Source of the DNA: Cyanidioschyzon merolae
Lineage: Eukaryota
Assembly: GCA_000091205.1 (NCBI GenBank)
Contig: AP006497.2
Length of the DNA: 64,000 nucleotides
Strand: one strand, 5' to 3'
The position numbers and the translations under genes were made by a program. Of the stretch, positions 18,653-29,244 are shown in pieces (position 1 is the first letter of the stretch; every line of letters starts with the position of its first letter). The notes under the pieces are model-generated. The model saw nothing but the letters and a program-made list of their open reading frames with translations. It ran no database searches and was not told the DNA's origin.

Positions 18653-20743
18653 ATGCCTCAATGGGACAAGCGCGCCAGACAGCGAAGAAGCAACCAGTCT
18701 CGTTGGCGTCGGGAACCATGGGAGACGCAGGAAGTCGCTTCACCGTTAAGTTGGCTCTGCTTGCCTGCGCGTGTGCTAGCGTGCTTTGGCTCACCTCCGA
18801 GCGAAGAGCTCGCTGAGTCGGCGCAGCCGCCCGACGACATTGTGCCTTGGGAGGACTCCGAAACCGCCGACTCGTCTTCTCAAAGCAGTTTTGGTGGCTC
18901 TGATGAAGGTGCGCGCCAAGAGCTTGCGTGCCGTACGCGAGCGGAGAAAGTGGACGGCAACGGCGCTGGCACCGAGAACGACCAGGATGAGCAACTATCC
19001 GTCGAGCTGGACGCGCTTCGTCGACGTCGCTCCTTCTCGGCCACGAGCTTCCACTTGCCAGCTGTATCCCGTCCAACAGCGGCAGGTAGCATTGTCGACA
19101 TACCGTCAGAGCGTCCACAGACCGCGCAACGCAGAGAACGTCAACGTATCGTGGGCAAGTTGGCGCTCGTTGGGCTCGGTACTCAGCTTCTGCTGCTCAG
19201 CTTGAAGTTGTACAGATTTGAATCGCTCTCACCAGCGTATCTCGTTTTTTCCGTCGCGTTTTTCGTGTTCAGCGGAGGACTTGCTTTCCTGAGTCTCCAC
19301 TACTTTAAAATGGGGCGCCTGCCACCTTTTCTGGATGTGGCTGCAAAACGGCGAGAAGCGTCGCACAACCGTTCGTGTGGGACAAGCCCGGCCCGCTCCA
19401 ACACCGACTCGACGATGCGTACGCTGAGCGGAGCGGGTTCGGCGTTCAGTACTCCAACGGCGGACAGATCGCCATGCACGCCCAAGTCTCGAATTGCCTC
19501 GCGCTCTCGAGAGTACGCTCAAAGCTTCCAAGAAAAAGGCGATGCGCAGGTCGTCAGAACGTCATTTGACTCGCGATCAAACCGACGAATCTTCTCAGTG
19601 CTGGGTGTCGAGAGCTCGCAGTCATTTTGCGAGCAACAGGGGTGCAGTACAAGAATGCCGAGCAAGAGTCGACCGGCAGCGATACGAATCGACGTTACCA
19701 GCGAGCGTACCGCGGCAACATCAGCGAGCGATGACGCAGTTAGTGCGGACAACATCGCCGTGTCCGTCAGAGAGCCGTCCACGCTCTCTGATGCCGATGC
19801 TGATCATACAGAGCATGGTATCGAGAAGCGTCGCGGCACCTTCCGCGAAAAGCCCGGCCAGCGAGGCACGCCCGGTGTTCGCGCTGCTGTTGCCGAAACC
19901 CAGCGACGACATGTGCAGCGGGCGACAGAAACTCGTAGCGCCGGCGCACCGGCCTTGCCGGTACCAGACGCTTCGGACCAGATGAGAGCTGGCGCATCCT
20001 TAGAGCAACGGCGTCGATCCCGCGAGGCATCCTCTCTGTCAGACGACGGAACGCCTCCCGAAGTGCAAATTGAGTCACTGCGTATTGTAGAGAGTTGGGA
20101 GAAGATGCGTATAACAGCAAAGAAGGAAATCTTAGCGGAAGATTTTTGCGAGGGAATGCTCAGTCTATTGAGCGTCATCGATGCATTGGGTCCCGCTTTT
20201 CGAATCATCAAAATCGACATTCGAAATCATGTGAATGGGATCCACCGCAGCTGCACGAAACACAACTGCCGCACCCTGCAGCGCCTCATTGATGCAGAGT
20301 CGAATCGGGTATCACGCTGGTTGAATCCATCGGGCATTGGCGATGGTACGGAACATGTGCTCTGGATGAAACGGGCCATGCAGTTTGTGTACATGCTGTT
20401 GTACATGTTTTTGGATGGCATCGATTTAGACCGGTGTGTATACCATGCATATCGCATGACGCTGCGAGCCTGTCACCCGTACATTGTCCGGAAAGTAGCG
20501 GAGAACCTGCACCGCTTCGTCCCTACCAGAGCTGGCTTTTTGCGCAGAATCCACGCAGATGAGGACTTTGTTTTAACGCAAATGCGGCGATTCTTGAAGG
20601 CAATCGAACCGCGTCTTGATATTATCGTTGAGGTATTCAACGCAAACCAGCTGGAACCGCACTGTCGATTCTCATGCGCAGAATTGCGCCGGCTGGCACA
20701 GCACTGTGCAAAATATGATATCGACGAGGATATGACGCAGTGA
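18653..20743 (+). CDS. Glycolipid transfer protein (GLTP)-domain protein with a disordered N-terminus and a TM segment
   Basis: C-terminal LGPAFRIIKIDIRNHVNGI...RTLQRLIDAESN...HVLWMKRAMQFVYMLLYMFLDG matches the GLTP/ACD11 fold signature. Hydrophobic stretch LALVGLGTQLLLLSL..FFVFSGGLAFLSL. The track start at 18641 is TTG; the ATG is at 18653. Confidence 0.6.
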   Translation: MPQWDKRARQRRSNQSRWRREPWETQEVASPLSWLCLPARVLACFGSPPSEELAESAQPPDDIVPWEDSETADSSSQSSFGGSDEGARQELACRTRAEKVDGNGAGTENDQDEQLSVELDALRRRRSFSATSFHLPAVSRPTAAGSIVDIPSERPQTAQRRERQRIVGKLALVGLGTQLLLLSLKLYRFESLSPAYLVFSVAFFVFSGGLAFLSLHYFKMGRLPPFLDVAAKRREASHNRSCGTSPARSNTDSTMRTLSGAGSAFSTPTADRSPCTPKSRIASRSREYAQSFQEKGDAQVVRTSFDSRSNRRIFSVLGVESSQSFCEQQGCSTRMPSKSRPAAIRIDVTSERTAATSASDDAVSADNIAVSVREPSTLSDADADHTEHGIEKRRGTFREKPGQRGTPGVRAAVAETQRRHVQRATETRSAGAPALPVPDASDQMRAGASLEQRRRSREASSLSDDGTPPEVQIESLRIVESWEKMRITAKKEILAEDFCEGMLSLLSVIDALGPAFRIIKIDIRNHVNGIHRSCTKHNCRTLQRLIDAESNRVSRWLNPSGIGDGTEHVLWMKRAMQFVYMLLYMFLDGIDLDRCVYHAYRMTLRACHPYIVRKVAENLHRFVPTRAGFLRRIHADEDFVLTQMRRFLKAIEPRLDIIVEVFNANQLEPHCRFSCAELRRLAQHCAKYDIDEDMTQ

Positions 20744-21173
20744 ATGTAGATTTCAGTTGAGTCCAGCGAAACTCCTGTTTTGATCGGCGGTTTCCGCACG
20801 CGTCGCGTTCGCTGGCCTTTAGGTGCTCGCGGCATGACGAATGCGGATAAACGATCTCGTATCTTCAGAAAGCTCCTGAGCCATGGATGGATCGCGACCT
20901 ACCCTGGTTCGTCATGCGACCTTGTCCTGCGGTTGCGCGCACTCATTCATCGATATCGCCACAAAAATGCCGGTATCGGACACGGGGTGGTGTGTTCGCG
21001 AGGGTGATAGGGGGTTTTCTGTAATCATGCTGCTTGCATATCACGTAAGTGACATGCCGTAGAGTCGTGGTCAATCCAGGCTCTCGAAAAGCAACCTTCG
21101 TGGACTCGTTTCATAAACCCATCATAAGCTTCGTTTGGATGCTGTCGCGTGCAGACTGCCGCGTTTCTCCGAG

Positions 21174-21683
21174 TCAGCTTTGTTCATGGTCCTTGACCCA
21201 TTTCAAAAAGAGGATGCTAGCGTCCAGTGGGTCCACTTTTGGCGAAAAGCCCCAGTAGTAGACCGAGGCAGCGTGACCGCCCATCAGTGCTGCCGCTGCA
21301 AAGCCTGCAGTTGCAGCGAGTGTTGCCCCGAGCCCCGAGCGCCCATACTTGTACGCAAACGCACCCGACCCAACCGCACCAGCAAGTCCAGTGGCGATTG
21401 CGAAGTTACCTGCCCTTCGACTCTGCCTGAGACAGTTTGCCTCCGCGGGGTGCTCCCTGGCAAACTCGCGAAAAGCTCCGCGCTTCCAGGACTTTACCTC
21501 ACCAACAGCGGCATACTCTTTCAGTTGTCGAAACGTTCGGAACTGATCCCAAAAGGAATCTCCCTCTCTTGACATAGAGTCTCGGTAGCCTAAACTGTGA
21601 AAGCGACAGCAAATGCGCCCACGCAGAGCCAGGTGTCGATCATCGGAGAATGTCCGAGCGACTGCGAGCGTGCCTGTTTGCAT
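21174..21683 (-). CDS. Small glycine-zipper two-TM protein, Mic10/MICOS-like (tentative)
   Basis: ..ANCLRQSRRAGNFAIATGLAGAVGSGAFAYKYGRSGLGATLAATAGFAAAALMGGHAAS.. shows GxGxGxG glycine motifs in two TM helices, as in Mic10. Confidence 0.3.
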   Translation of the reverse strand: MQTGTLAVARTFSDDRHLALRGRICCRFHSLGYRDSMSREGDSFWDQFRTFRQLKEYAAVGEVKSWKRGAFREFAREHPAEANCLRQSRRAGNFAIATGLAGAVGSGAFAYKYGRSGLGATLAATAGFAAAALMGGHAASVYYWGFSPKVDPLDASILFLKWVKDHEQS

Positions 21684-21959
21684 CGCTGCGCGCCTCCGCG
21701 CGTAACCGCTATGTTTTTCGTGGAATACGACGTCTGCGATGAACCTGAATATCTCGAGTACGTGATTGTTGTCGGCAACGAGAAAACAGGCGACAATTCC
21801 TTTTCAGATGGTTTGATGCTTCACGCCTGCCAGCACAGTCTCTCGATTCGAACATAGGATTCGACTCAACGACTTTTGGGCTACAGTGCTCACTCGACGG
21901 TAAGCTCGCCACGACATCCGATTCTTTTCATGGACAAAACGTTTCCATCGGCCAGCGTT

Positions 21960-22340
21960 CTCCGATTACGCGCATTTTTCTTTTCTTACTTTTTTTGTGT
22001 TTTTTTTTCAGTGCGCGGTGAGGTATCCACCAAATCCCCTACTTCCATGTTACATTACCTGCACTTCGTCTCGGATATTCTGGTCGTTTCATACGTCCTA
22101 TCGTGTGTGCCTAGTACCTGCCGAAAGCGACAGCAATAGCGCCTACAGCGCCAGTGCGGTCGCTGCACGGAGACAGAGCGGCGTTGCCGTAACACAAAGG
22201 GCGGCGGCTCGAGGCGTGGCTCACCCGACGTAGAATCGGGTCTCGTCGTCAGTTTGTGCTCGGAGAGTCTGCGGATGCAGGCTTGTCTTCGCAGCACGAC
22301 ACGCTGGAGAAACTTGGCTGTTAGGATATATCCTGGGAAC
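21960..22340 (+). repeat. Solo fragment of the Fanzor-element 5' leader (one inverted-repeat arm plus simple-sequence spacer)
   Basis: 22040-22340 is homologous to 11890-12220 and to 36285-36600. A T-rich tract at 21975-22010 sits where the other copies carry CAG/CAA repeats. Confidence 0.55.
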
Positions 22341-22618
22341 ACGACATCCGATGCACCGCCGCAGTCGCTATACGCGCGCTCCGAGCGGCGTCGACATACC
22401 AAAGCAGGCGTCGGATCGACATAAAGATACAGGGGGCGACACCTAAATTTCCGGTGTAGTGGGATCGATGCATCCAACCAGAATCCCGGTAAGCACGAAT
22501 TGGAGCAGCAATTAGGGAAGCATTCCACGCTTCTCTCCGAAAACTACGCAACACTGGCATCCACAGAGGCCCTTCTGCACGAAGAGCAGATGCAACCTCA
22601 GGCATTTTCGATCCGGCA

Positions 22619-22668
22619 CTGCAGCAGCAGCAGCAGCAGCCGATCGGCGGCAGCAGCGGCCGATCGCA
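22619..22668. repeat. (CAG)n microsatellite (imperfect) in the kinesin 5' region
   Basis: gcagcagcagcagcagcagccgatcggcggcagcagcggc. Confidence 0.8.
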
Positions 22669-22723
22669 GAATTTGAAATTGCCGTGCTTTTCCGGCTCGC
22701 TTGCCCCTTCACGGCTTGCCGCC

Positions 22724-25700
22724 ATGGCGGATGACAAGGAGAATCAACCGCGCCGGACACTTTATCCGAACGAGAGCACAAAGCTGTTCGGAGAGGGTCA
22801 TGATGTGAGAGAATGTCAATCCAACGGAGACGCCTCGTCAGAAACTTGGGTAGACGGCTGCAGTGACGCTATTCGGGTCGTGCTGCGTGTGCGCCCGCTG
22901 ACGCCGGCGGAGCATGAGCGCTCCCAGAGAACCTGCCTCGAACTGGACTCGGCAACAAACTCAGTTTTAATAGGAACGAATAACGACCTACGTCGATTCA
23001 CCTATGATCATGTGGCGTCGCCCGAAGTTGACCAGGCACAGATGTTCTATCTTGTCGGTCGGCCGATCGCCGACAGCGCTCTTGACGGCTATAACGGTAC
23101 AGTTTTCGCTTATGGTCAGACAGGGAGCGGCAAAACGTATACAATGCAAGGAGATGTCTACACGAACAAGGAATCCGAAGAAAAGGACAACCGGGGGCTC
23201 ATGCCACGGCTGTTCGAATACATTTTTGCGCAGATCGCCCGCCGGGAACGAGAGCACTCTGCAACGCGGTACCTCGTCAGGTGCTCCTACCTCGAAGTAT
23301 ATAACGAGGTTGTCACAGACTTGCTGGATCCTCTGTCTACAAATCTGGCCATTAGGGAGGACTTTCGCAACGGCGTCTCTGTGGAAGGCCTCTCCGAGGA
23401 ACTCGTGTCCAACGCGGACGACTGCTTGCACGTTCTCGAGCGAGGTCTCTCCAACCGCCATATTGGAAGCACGTCGATGAATAGGGAGTCCTCACGCTCG
23501 CATTCGGTGTTCATCATGGTTATCGAGAGCGAGACGACGAATGAAACACGTGTAACGACTCGGCGCCGATCCCGTCTGAATCTTGTTGACCTTGCAGGCA
23601 GTGAGCGTCAAAAGCTTGCCAGAACCTCTGGACAAACGCTCCGGGAAGCCGGCAATATCAACAAGTCTCTCTCTGCGCTGGGAAACGTTATTAATGCACT
23701 CGTCGATATCGCGAACGGCAAGGAGCGCCACATTCATTATCGCGACTCGAAGCTTACGTTTCTGCTCAAAGATTCTCTGGGCGGCAACACGAAAACGACC
23801 ATGATCGCAACGGTCTCTCCTAGTGAGCAGAATTTCGCGGAAACACTGAGCACGCTCAAGTTCGCGCAGCGCGCGAAATACATCAAGAACAAAGTTGTGG
23901 TGAATGAGCACCTCTCCAGCAACAACATTGCTGCCCTGCAGGCAGAGATCACTCGACTTCGGCAACTAGTTACTTCCGCTGGCATTCCAGTAGACGCAGA
24001 CGTCTCCAAAGTTGGCTGGATTGTTGCACGGCAAAGCGTGCCAGGCATAGACTGTGAGAAAATGCACCTACAGAGAATCGGCGATCTCGAGCGTCTCCTC
24101 CTTGAGGCCCTCGATCGTGCTCGCTATCACCAGGAGCAATACCAGGCACTAGAGCGACAGAACGAAGCTCTCAACACAGCGTGCCGCAAGCGAGACAAAG
24201 TTTTGCAGCAAAACAAGATGATCCTTCGATTGCGAGATGCCGCACTGGAACGTGTACGCAGTAGCGGCGAGGTCTATCCAACGTCAGAGGAGCTCCTGAA
24301 AGAAATTGAGATTCTCCGCGAACAGATTGAGCACCACCCTCAAGTAACGAGCTATGCTGTGGAAAATATGCGTCTGCAGGAGCGAATTCGCGTGCTAGAG
24401 AGCCTGGTGCCCGCAGATCAAGATCAAAGTGCTTTCGTCAAGCTGGAGCGCTTCGTGGAGCAGCTACGAATAGCATATCAGGCGTGCTGCGAAGAAAAGA
24501 ATTCACTGCACAAGAAATTGCACGAGCTCGTGTACGCTGAACTGGAGCCTCTTGATCAAGCGGAGAAAACACACAATCGCTTTATCGCCTTGGAACTGTA
24601 CAAATGGCGGGAGAAGGAACGTTTCGAACAGCAAGTCGAGGAAGCTCGTTCGGAATGCCGTCAGGCGATGCTCAAGTACGAGCACGCACAACGTGAGTTG
24701 GAGACGCTTCGAACGAAATTCAAACAGGTAGAACAAGCATACGAGGAGAAGAGAGCAGCATGCGTGGAGATGGAAACGGCGCTCTCCACGCTCCGTCTTC
24801 AACACGACAAACAAACGGACATCGAGCAGAAAATACTCATTTTAAGTGATGAGTTGCGGGAATCCCGTGAGCGGTGCCAGAGTCTAGAGACGGATGCCGC
24901 GGCGCTCGAGCAAGAGTGCGATCGCCTGCGTGCAGTGTTGAATGACACCAAGGACCGTCTGCAGCACACTGAGACGGAGAAAGAAGCTCTGGAGCAGCAG
25001 CGAAATCAGCTCGAGAAGCGCCTTGAGCAACTTGAAAAAGATGGCCAGCACATGCGTCAGGAAGCTGCGGAACGCGCGCAAGCCATGGAGGCTGCACATA
25101 ACGCCGCGCTCACCGATCTGGAGAGCCGTCTCGCGAACGTCCAGATGGAGCTCGAGTCGCAACTGGAACGGAACTGTGCGCTCCAAGATCAAATCGACCA
25201 ACTGCAGTCCGAGACAGATTATCACCGAGGTCGATATCAGGAAGCCCAGCGAGAGCTCGCCAACGCGCAAGAACAAGTCAAGGGTCTGGAGAGCAAATTG
25301 GCTCAAAGCAACGCCACCGTTGAGGAGTTGCGCGCCTCCCAATGCCAACAGGCGGCGAGCCACGACGAGCAATTGCGGAGCGCTTTGCGTCAACAGAGGA
25401 GTGCTGAAACCGCGCTGCAGCAAGAGCGCGAAACGCTTCACCGATTACAGAGCGATCATGAACAACTCCTTGCGCGACACGAAACCATTCAACAGGAACT
25501 TCGTGAGAGTAGAGACATGATCCAGCGACTGCGCGTGGGCATGCAAGCTGCACAGCACGAGGCGCACGCTCAGCAGGAAGCGCGGCTCGCACTCGAACGT
25601 CGCGTGACAGACTTGGAGCAGGAGCGAGCCCAGGGCTGCGAGCGCGTGGCGACGCTCGAGCAGGACCTCACCAGTGTGCGTCAACGTGCTGATGAAGCTT

Positions 25701-26596
25701 CCACAGAGGCTGCGGCTCGCATCAGCGAGCTCATTCAGGAACTCGAGCGCAAGCACTCGGCGCTGACCCGCGCCCAGCTCGCTCTAGCAGAAACCGTCGC
25801 CAAAGCCGACCTCGAGCGCAAGCAGCTAGCTGACGAGCATGCGGAACGCCTCAGGGCTCGCGATCGACTGCTAGCCCAGTCTGAGGTAGAGACTGCAAAG
25901 TTGCGCCAGGGAATTGAGAACTTACAGGCTTCTGTTGCCGAATATCGCAACGAACAACGTGAACTGCATCGCCTTGCAGCCCAGGAGCGGCAGCAGCGCA
26001 AAATGCTCGAAGATGACTGGGAGAAACAACGGCGTCAGTACGCGAGAGATATGGATGCACTCCGGAAGCGCCTCGAGGCGGCCGAAAGCGAAACGCGAAT
26101 GCGCTGCGATGCCCAAGCTGACGCTCAGCGAGAGATCGCTTGCATTCGTCAACAAGCGGAAGCCTACCAACAGAAATTGGCGCATGCCGAAAAGCATCGC
26201 GCTCAACTCGAAAATCGACTCGTCATGCTCGAGCGAGATAAGCAGCGACTTGTCGCCGAGAACCGCCACGCCAATGAGGCTTTGATTCGCGCACAAGCCC
26301 AGTTCGAAGCACTCGAGCGCGAGCACAGGCAGACCAGTGAAGCGCTCGAAAAGGAACGAGTAGCGCTCGCGAGCCTTCAGACCGAATTCGAACAGCTCCA
26401 GATCATGTGCGAACGCCTGGAGGAGGAGAATACCAAGCTTGGTGGACACCACAATTTGCGTCAGCGCATTCATCATCATATTCGAGTCAAGGAGGAGAAC
26501 GCGGTGCTTCGCAAAGAGCGCGACCGCATCGCTGCTGAGCTCGATGCCTGCAGAGCTCGTCTTGCCGAACTAGAGAACGCACCCGGCACCAGCTAG
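22724..26596 (+). CDS. Kinesin-like protein: N-terminal motor domain plus about 850-aa coiled-coil stalk (kinesin-12/KIF15-like architecture)
   Basis: FAYGQTGSGKTYTM (P-loop), SSRSHSVF (switch I), LVDLAGSER (switch II), and a long heptad E/Q/R/L-rich tail. The track start at 22673 is TTG. The ATG in gccATGg context is at 22724. Single exon. Confidence 0.9.
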   Translation: MADDKENQPRRTLYPNESTKLFGEGHDVRECQSNGDASSETWVDGCSDAIRVVLRVRPLTPAEHERSQRTCLELDSATNSVLIGTNNDLRRFTYDHVASPEVDQAQMFYLVGRPIADSALDGYNGTVFAYGQTGSGKTYTMQGDVYTNKESEEKDNRGLMPRLFEYIFAQIARREREHSATRYLVRCSYLEVYNEVVTDLLDPLSTNLAIREDFRNGVSVEGLSEELVSNADDCLHVLERGLSNRHIGSTSMNRESSRSHSVFIMVIESETTNETRVTTRRRSRLNLVDLAGSERQKLARTSGQTLREAGNINKSLSALGNVINALVDIANGKERHIHYRDSKLTFLLKDSLGGNTKTTMIATVSPSEQNFAETLSTLKFAQRAKYIKNKVVVNEHLSSNNIAALQAEITRLRQLVTSAGIPVDADVSKVGWIVARQSVPGIDCEKMHLQRIGDLERLLLEALDRARYHQEQYQALERQNEALNTACRKRDKVLQQNKMILRLRDAALERVRSSGEVYPTSEELLKEIEILREQIEHHPQVTSYAVENMRLQERIRVLESLVPADQDQSAFVKLERFVEQLRIAYQACCEEKNSLHKKLHELVYAELEPLDQAEKTHNRFIALELYKWREKERFEQQVEEARSECRQAMLKYEHAQRELETLRTKFKQVEQAYEEKRAACVEMETALSTLRLQHDKQTDIEQKILILSDELRESRERCQSLETDAAALEQECDRLRAVLNDTKDRLQHTETEKEALEQQRNQLEKRLEQLEKDGQHMRQEAAERAQAMEAAHNAALTDLESRLANVQMELESQLERNCALQDQIDQLQSETDYHRGRYQEAQRELANAQEQVKGLESKLAQSNATVEELRASQCQQAASHDEQLRSALRQQRSAETALQQERETLHRLQSDHEQLLARHETIQQELRESRDMIQRLRVGMQAAQHEAHAQQEARLALERRVTDLEQERAQGCERVATLEQDLTSVRQRADEASTEAAARISELIQELERKHSALTRAQLALAETVAKADLERKQLADEHAERLRARDRLLAQSEVETAKLRQGIENLQASVAEYRNEQRELHRLAAQERQQRKMLEDDWEKQRRQYARDMDALRKRLEAAESETRMRCDAQADAQREIACIRQQAEAYQQKLAHAEKHRAQLENRLVMLERDKQRLVAENRHANEALIRAQAQFEALEREHRQTSEALEKERVALASLQTEFEQLQIMCERLEEENTKLGGHHNLRQRIHHHIRVKEENAVLRKERDRIAAELDACRARLAELENAPGTS

Positions 26597-26689
26597 CACC
26601 CCGTCACATCCGCACACTGTCGTCGACCGCCGACCGCGCCTAGAGCCGTCCTCCGAATGACGCGGGAGTTGCGACTCGGACACCACGTG

Positions 26690-27418
26690 CTACGTCGTTG
26701 GTGCGCTCGACGCTGCACCCGACACCGCTCCCGTGAGCTGGTCCTCTATCGCTCGAACGATGGTGTCGACGCTGGCCATTGCCCCCACTCCGGTGTCACC
26801 ACAGGCAAGCATTTTCACCGTCGGCTCAATGATGTGCGTCCCTCGCTTGACCAGTAATTGTAAATGTTCCGTTGTTACCGGATGATGCCACATGGCCGTG
26901 TTCATTGCGGGCGCAACCAGAACGGGTTTGGAGCCAAGTTCCCACGCTCGCGCAACGCACAACAGCAAGTTGTCACAGATGCCGTACGCCAGTTTCGCAA
27001 GCGCGTTTGCGGATGCTGGCGCAACAACCAAGATATCCGCCTGACGTCGAATCTCAATATGAAGCACGGGGTCCCCGATTTTCGCCCAGCTGCGCCACTC
27101 GTCCTCGTCCGTGAAAAGCGAAACGCCTCGCTCGCGAAAGAACGCTACTAGATCAGCAGGTGCTAGCGCTGACGCAGCACCAGAATACTCGGCTGCCGCC
27201 TGGCCGAGAAAGCGCAGTCCGTTGGCGGTTGCGACAACCAGCGCGTTTGCCCTGCGAGCCCGCAACGCTTCCACAAGCTCCAAAGAGCGTAGCGCGGCAA
27301 CGGAACCGGTTACGCCCACGACGACACAGCGTCCTTGCAGGGTGGTTGCAACCGCTGAACGTGGTGCACTCGGAGTGCTGTCACTGTTCTGGTTGGCTTC
27401 ACGAGCCTGTGCACGCAT
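26690..27418 (-). CDS. Phosphopantothenoylcysteine decarboxylase (HAL3/CoaC flavoprotein family)
   Basis: VVVGVTGSVAA, ILVVAPASANALAKLAYGICDNLL and PVLVAPAMNTAMWHHPVT...LACGDTGVGAMA are PPCDC flavoprotein signatures. The track start is GTG; the first ATG is at 27418. Confidence 0.75.
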   Translation of the reverse strand: MRAQAREANQNSDSTPSAPRSAVATTLQGRCVVVGVTGSVAALRSLELVEALRARRANALVVATANGLRFLGQAAAEYSGAASALAPADLVAFFRERGVSLFTDEDEWRSWAKIGDPVLHIEIRRQADILVVAPASANALAKLAYGICDNLLLCVARAWELGSKPVLVAPAMNTAMWHHPVTTEHLQLLVKRGTHIIEPTVKMLACGDTGVGAMASVDTIVRAIEDQLTGAVSGAASSAPTT

Positions 27419-29244
27419 GAGGCCAGTCTTGTGTACGGTGCGCCGCGCTGTGCTCCGCGTGAGCTGCACCGTGCGCGCACTGCCGAGAAACAGCGGTGTT
27501 CGGGTTCTGGAGCTTCCGACGCTCTCGGGATCTTTTCAAGTTAATGTTTTAAGTGCGTAGCATGACGACCCTCGGAACGCGTCTCCCTGTAGCGAGGTAC
27601 GGACGGTTGCAGGCAGCTGTGCGCTCAGCTGACAACTGGCGTGCCTAAAGGCATATTTGACGCAAAAGTATCAATCCTGAGATACGTTCTCCATGATTCG
27701 CGTATGGACGTATCGAATTCATCTCTTATGAGTCATATTTATATTTATCTGGAAGAGTTGCACTTCGCAACGGGCAGTTTGCGGCGGCGTTGCGTTGCTG
27801 GTGGATGGGCGCTCGTCCAGGTGAGGGCTTGCCTGTTCATTCGTGCGCAACTTCGAGCCTGCGATATCGCTTGGCTCCAGATTCCGTACCAGAGATGGTA
27901 TGCGCTTCCAGGCGCATCGACATACAAAACAGATGCCCGATCTCCTGGTTATTCTCGACGAGGCGTTCGTACTGGATATGTGGATCGGAACGGGCCCTGC
28001 TTACCGCAGTCTGCGACTGTGCAGTGCAGAGGCACGACCGTGCATCGCTTGTCGTCTTTTCCAAACAAGGTTCGTCTCTGCGTATCGTGGTTATTGAGCG
28101 TCACATCGCCGTATGCTCATTCAGAAACATAACGTCCCAAAATGTTCAGGTTCCACGCATCGCCACATGTGCTTCCGCATTGCAGTCCAGGGAATCCGAG
28201 CCGAGTGCCCGGAGAGATTCCCATCACGACGTTTTCCTTCGTGCTGAATAATAGCTGGCGTTGCCGCAGCCATCAGCGTCATTGACGCGTCCGCCGGAAA
28301 GCCGAACTCCCGATTCGAAGCCCGCCTCCCCGGCCGCTTCCACAAGTATCATCATCCGGTCTGCTACGAGAGCCGAGATACCAGCATCAAGGGCGAGCTA
28401 CGCGTCGGGTGCCACCAAACGTACATATGCGGGCCAGGTTTTCATCCAGAATGACATTTCAGGGCGCTTGCCCGAGCTTTCTTACTGCCGCATCCAGGAG
28501 CGTCCGAGGAACAGTCGCACCGTTCACGCGTTCAAGGTTTGCATGGCATCACATCAGTGTATCTGACAGGTTTCCGCGAAGAGGTACGTGCTGCCGGAGG
28601 CAACGCAGCGGCCTTACCAGACGCTTCAACGTGTCCGACGCTGGAGCGCGCTCCCCGGGCCAAGTAACGCACCCACATCCAGTGCGTGACACGCCCGGCG
28701 GGTGCTGCGAGCCCGCCACCACCATCGAGCAATATCGCGCCGCCACGTGTCGGCACCAGATGCGACACCGGCGAGGCACCCCGGGATACGCTGCTGCACG
28801 CAGCACGCGGGAACGCCTCCGGGGTGACCCCGCGCGCTGCCTACAGAGCGGCGCCTGTTCCGTAGGCGCGCATCTGGATACGGAGCATCCGACGGCGCGG
28901 TTGGAGTCTCGGCGTCAAGCGTGGCACCAGAGCTCGCGAAAGCCGCTGGCGAGCTTGCGCCCGTCGATTGCGGTCCAATGAGGCATGCGGGCGCACGCTT
29001 TGGATTGCTGCCCGCGCCCGGCCGCACACGGCAGCGATCGACGGGCGCTAGCACCGAATTCGAATGCGCGCAGCAGTGCCGCGCTGTGGTGTCTGCTGGT
29101 GTTGGTGGTACCGGGTGTGCCTCGGATCGCGGCAGCCGATCAGGGCCGTGCGCGGCGGCTGGGCGTTTATTTCCTATCCCGTAAGTGTTCTGACGTTTTT
29201 GTTTTGCGCGCAGCCTTGACTTTCCTTGCTAACAAGACCTTCAG

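Noticed and set aside
18369-19118. Long minus-strand ORFs lying inside the Fanzor-like copies (18369-19118, 249 aa; 18184-18558; 17756-18259; 38057-38992, 311 aa; 38917-39291; 1814-2125; 8530-8979)
   Set aside because: They are antisense shadow ORFs of the nuclease coding region and 3' module (for example 'ALKSRFTNSMRFLP' is the reverse reading of 'MEFVNRDFNAAINI'). Conservation between copies follows the sense-strand protein.
22055-22737. Minus ORFs 22055-22528 (157 aa) and 22321-22737 (138 aa) upstream of the kinesin
   Set aside because: They overlap the solo leader fragment and the (CAG)n tract. Similarity to 12067-12435 is nucleotide-level repeat homology, not protein conservation.
28409-29054. 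Stacked 140-190-aa ORFs on both strands at 28.4-29.1 kb, and similar stacks at 34.4-35.1 kb and 47.6-48.2 kb
   Set aside because: Arg/Ala/Pro/Ser-rich, overlapping in multiple frames and strands. This is a typical artefact of stop-codon-poor high-GC sequence and CAG/CTG repeats.
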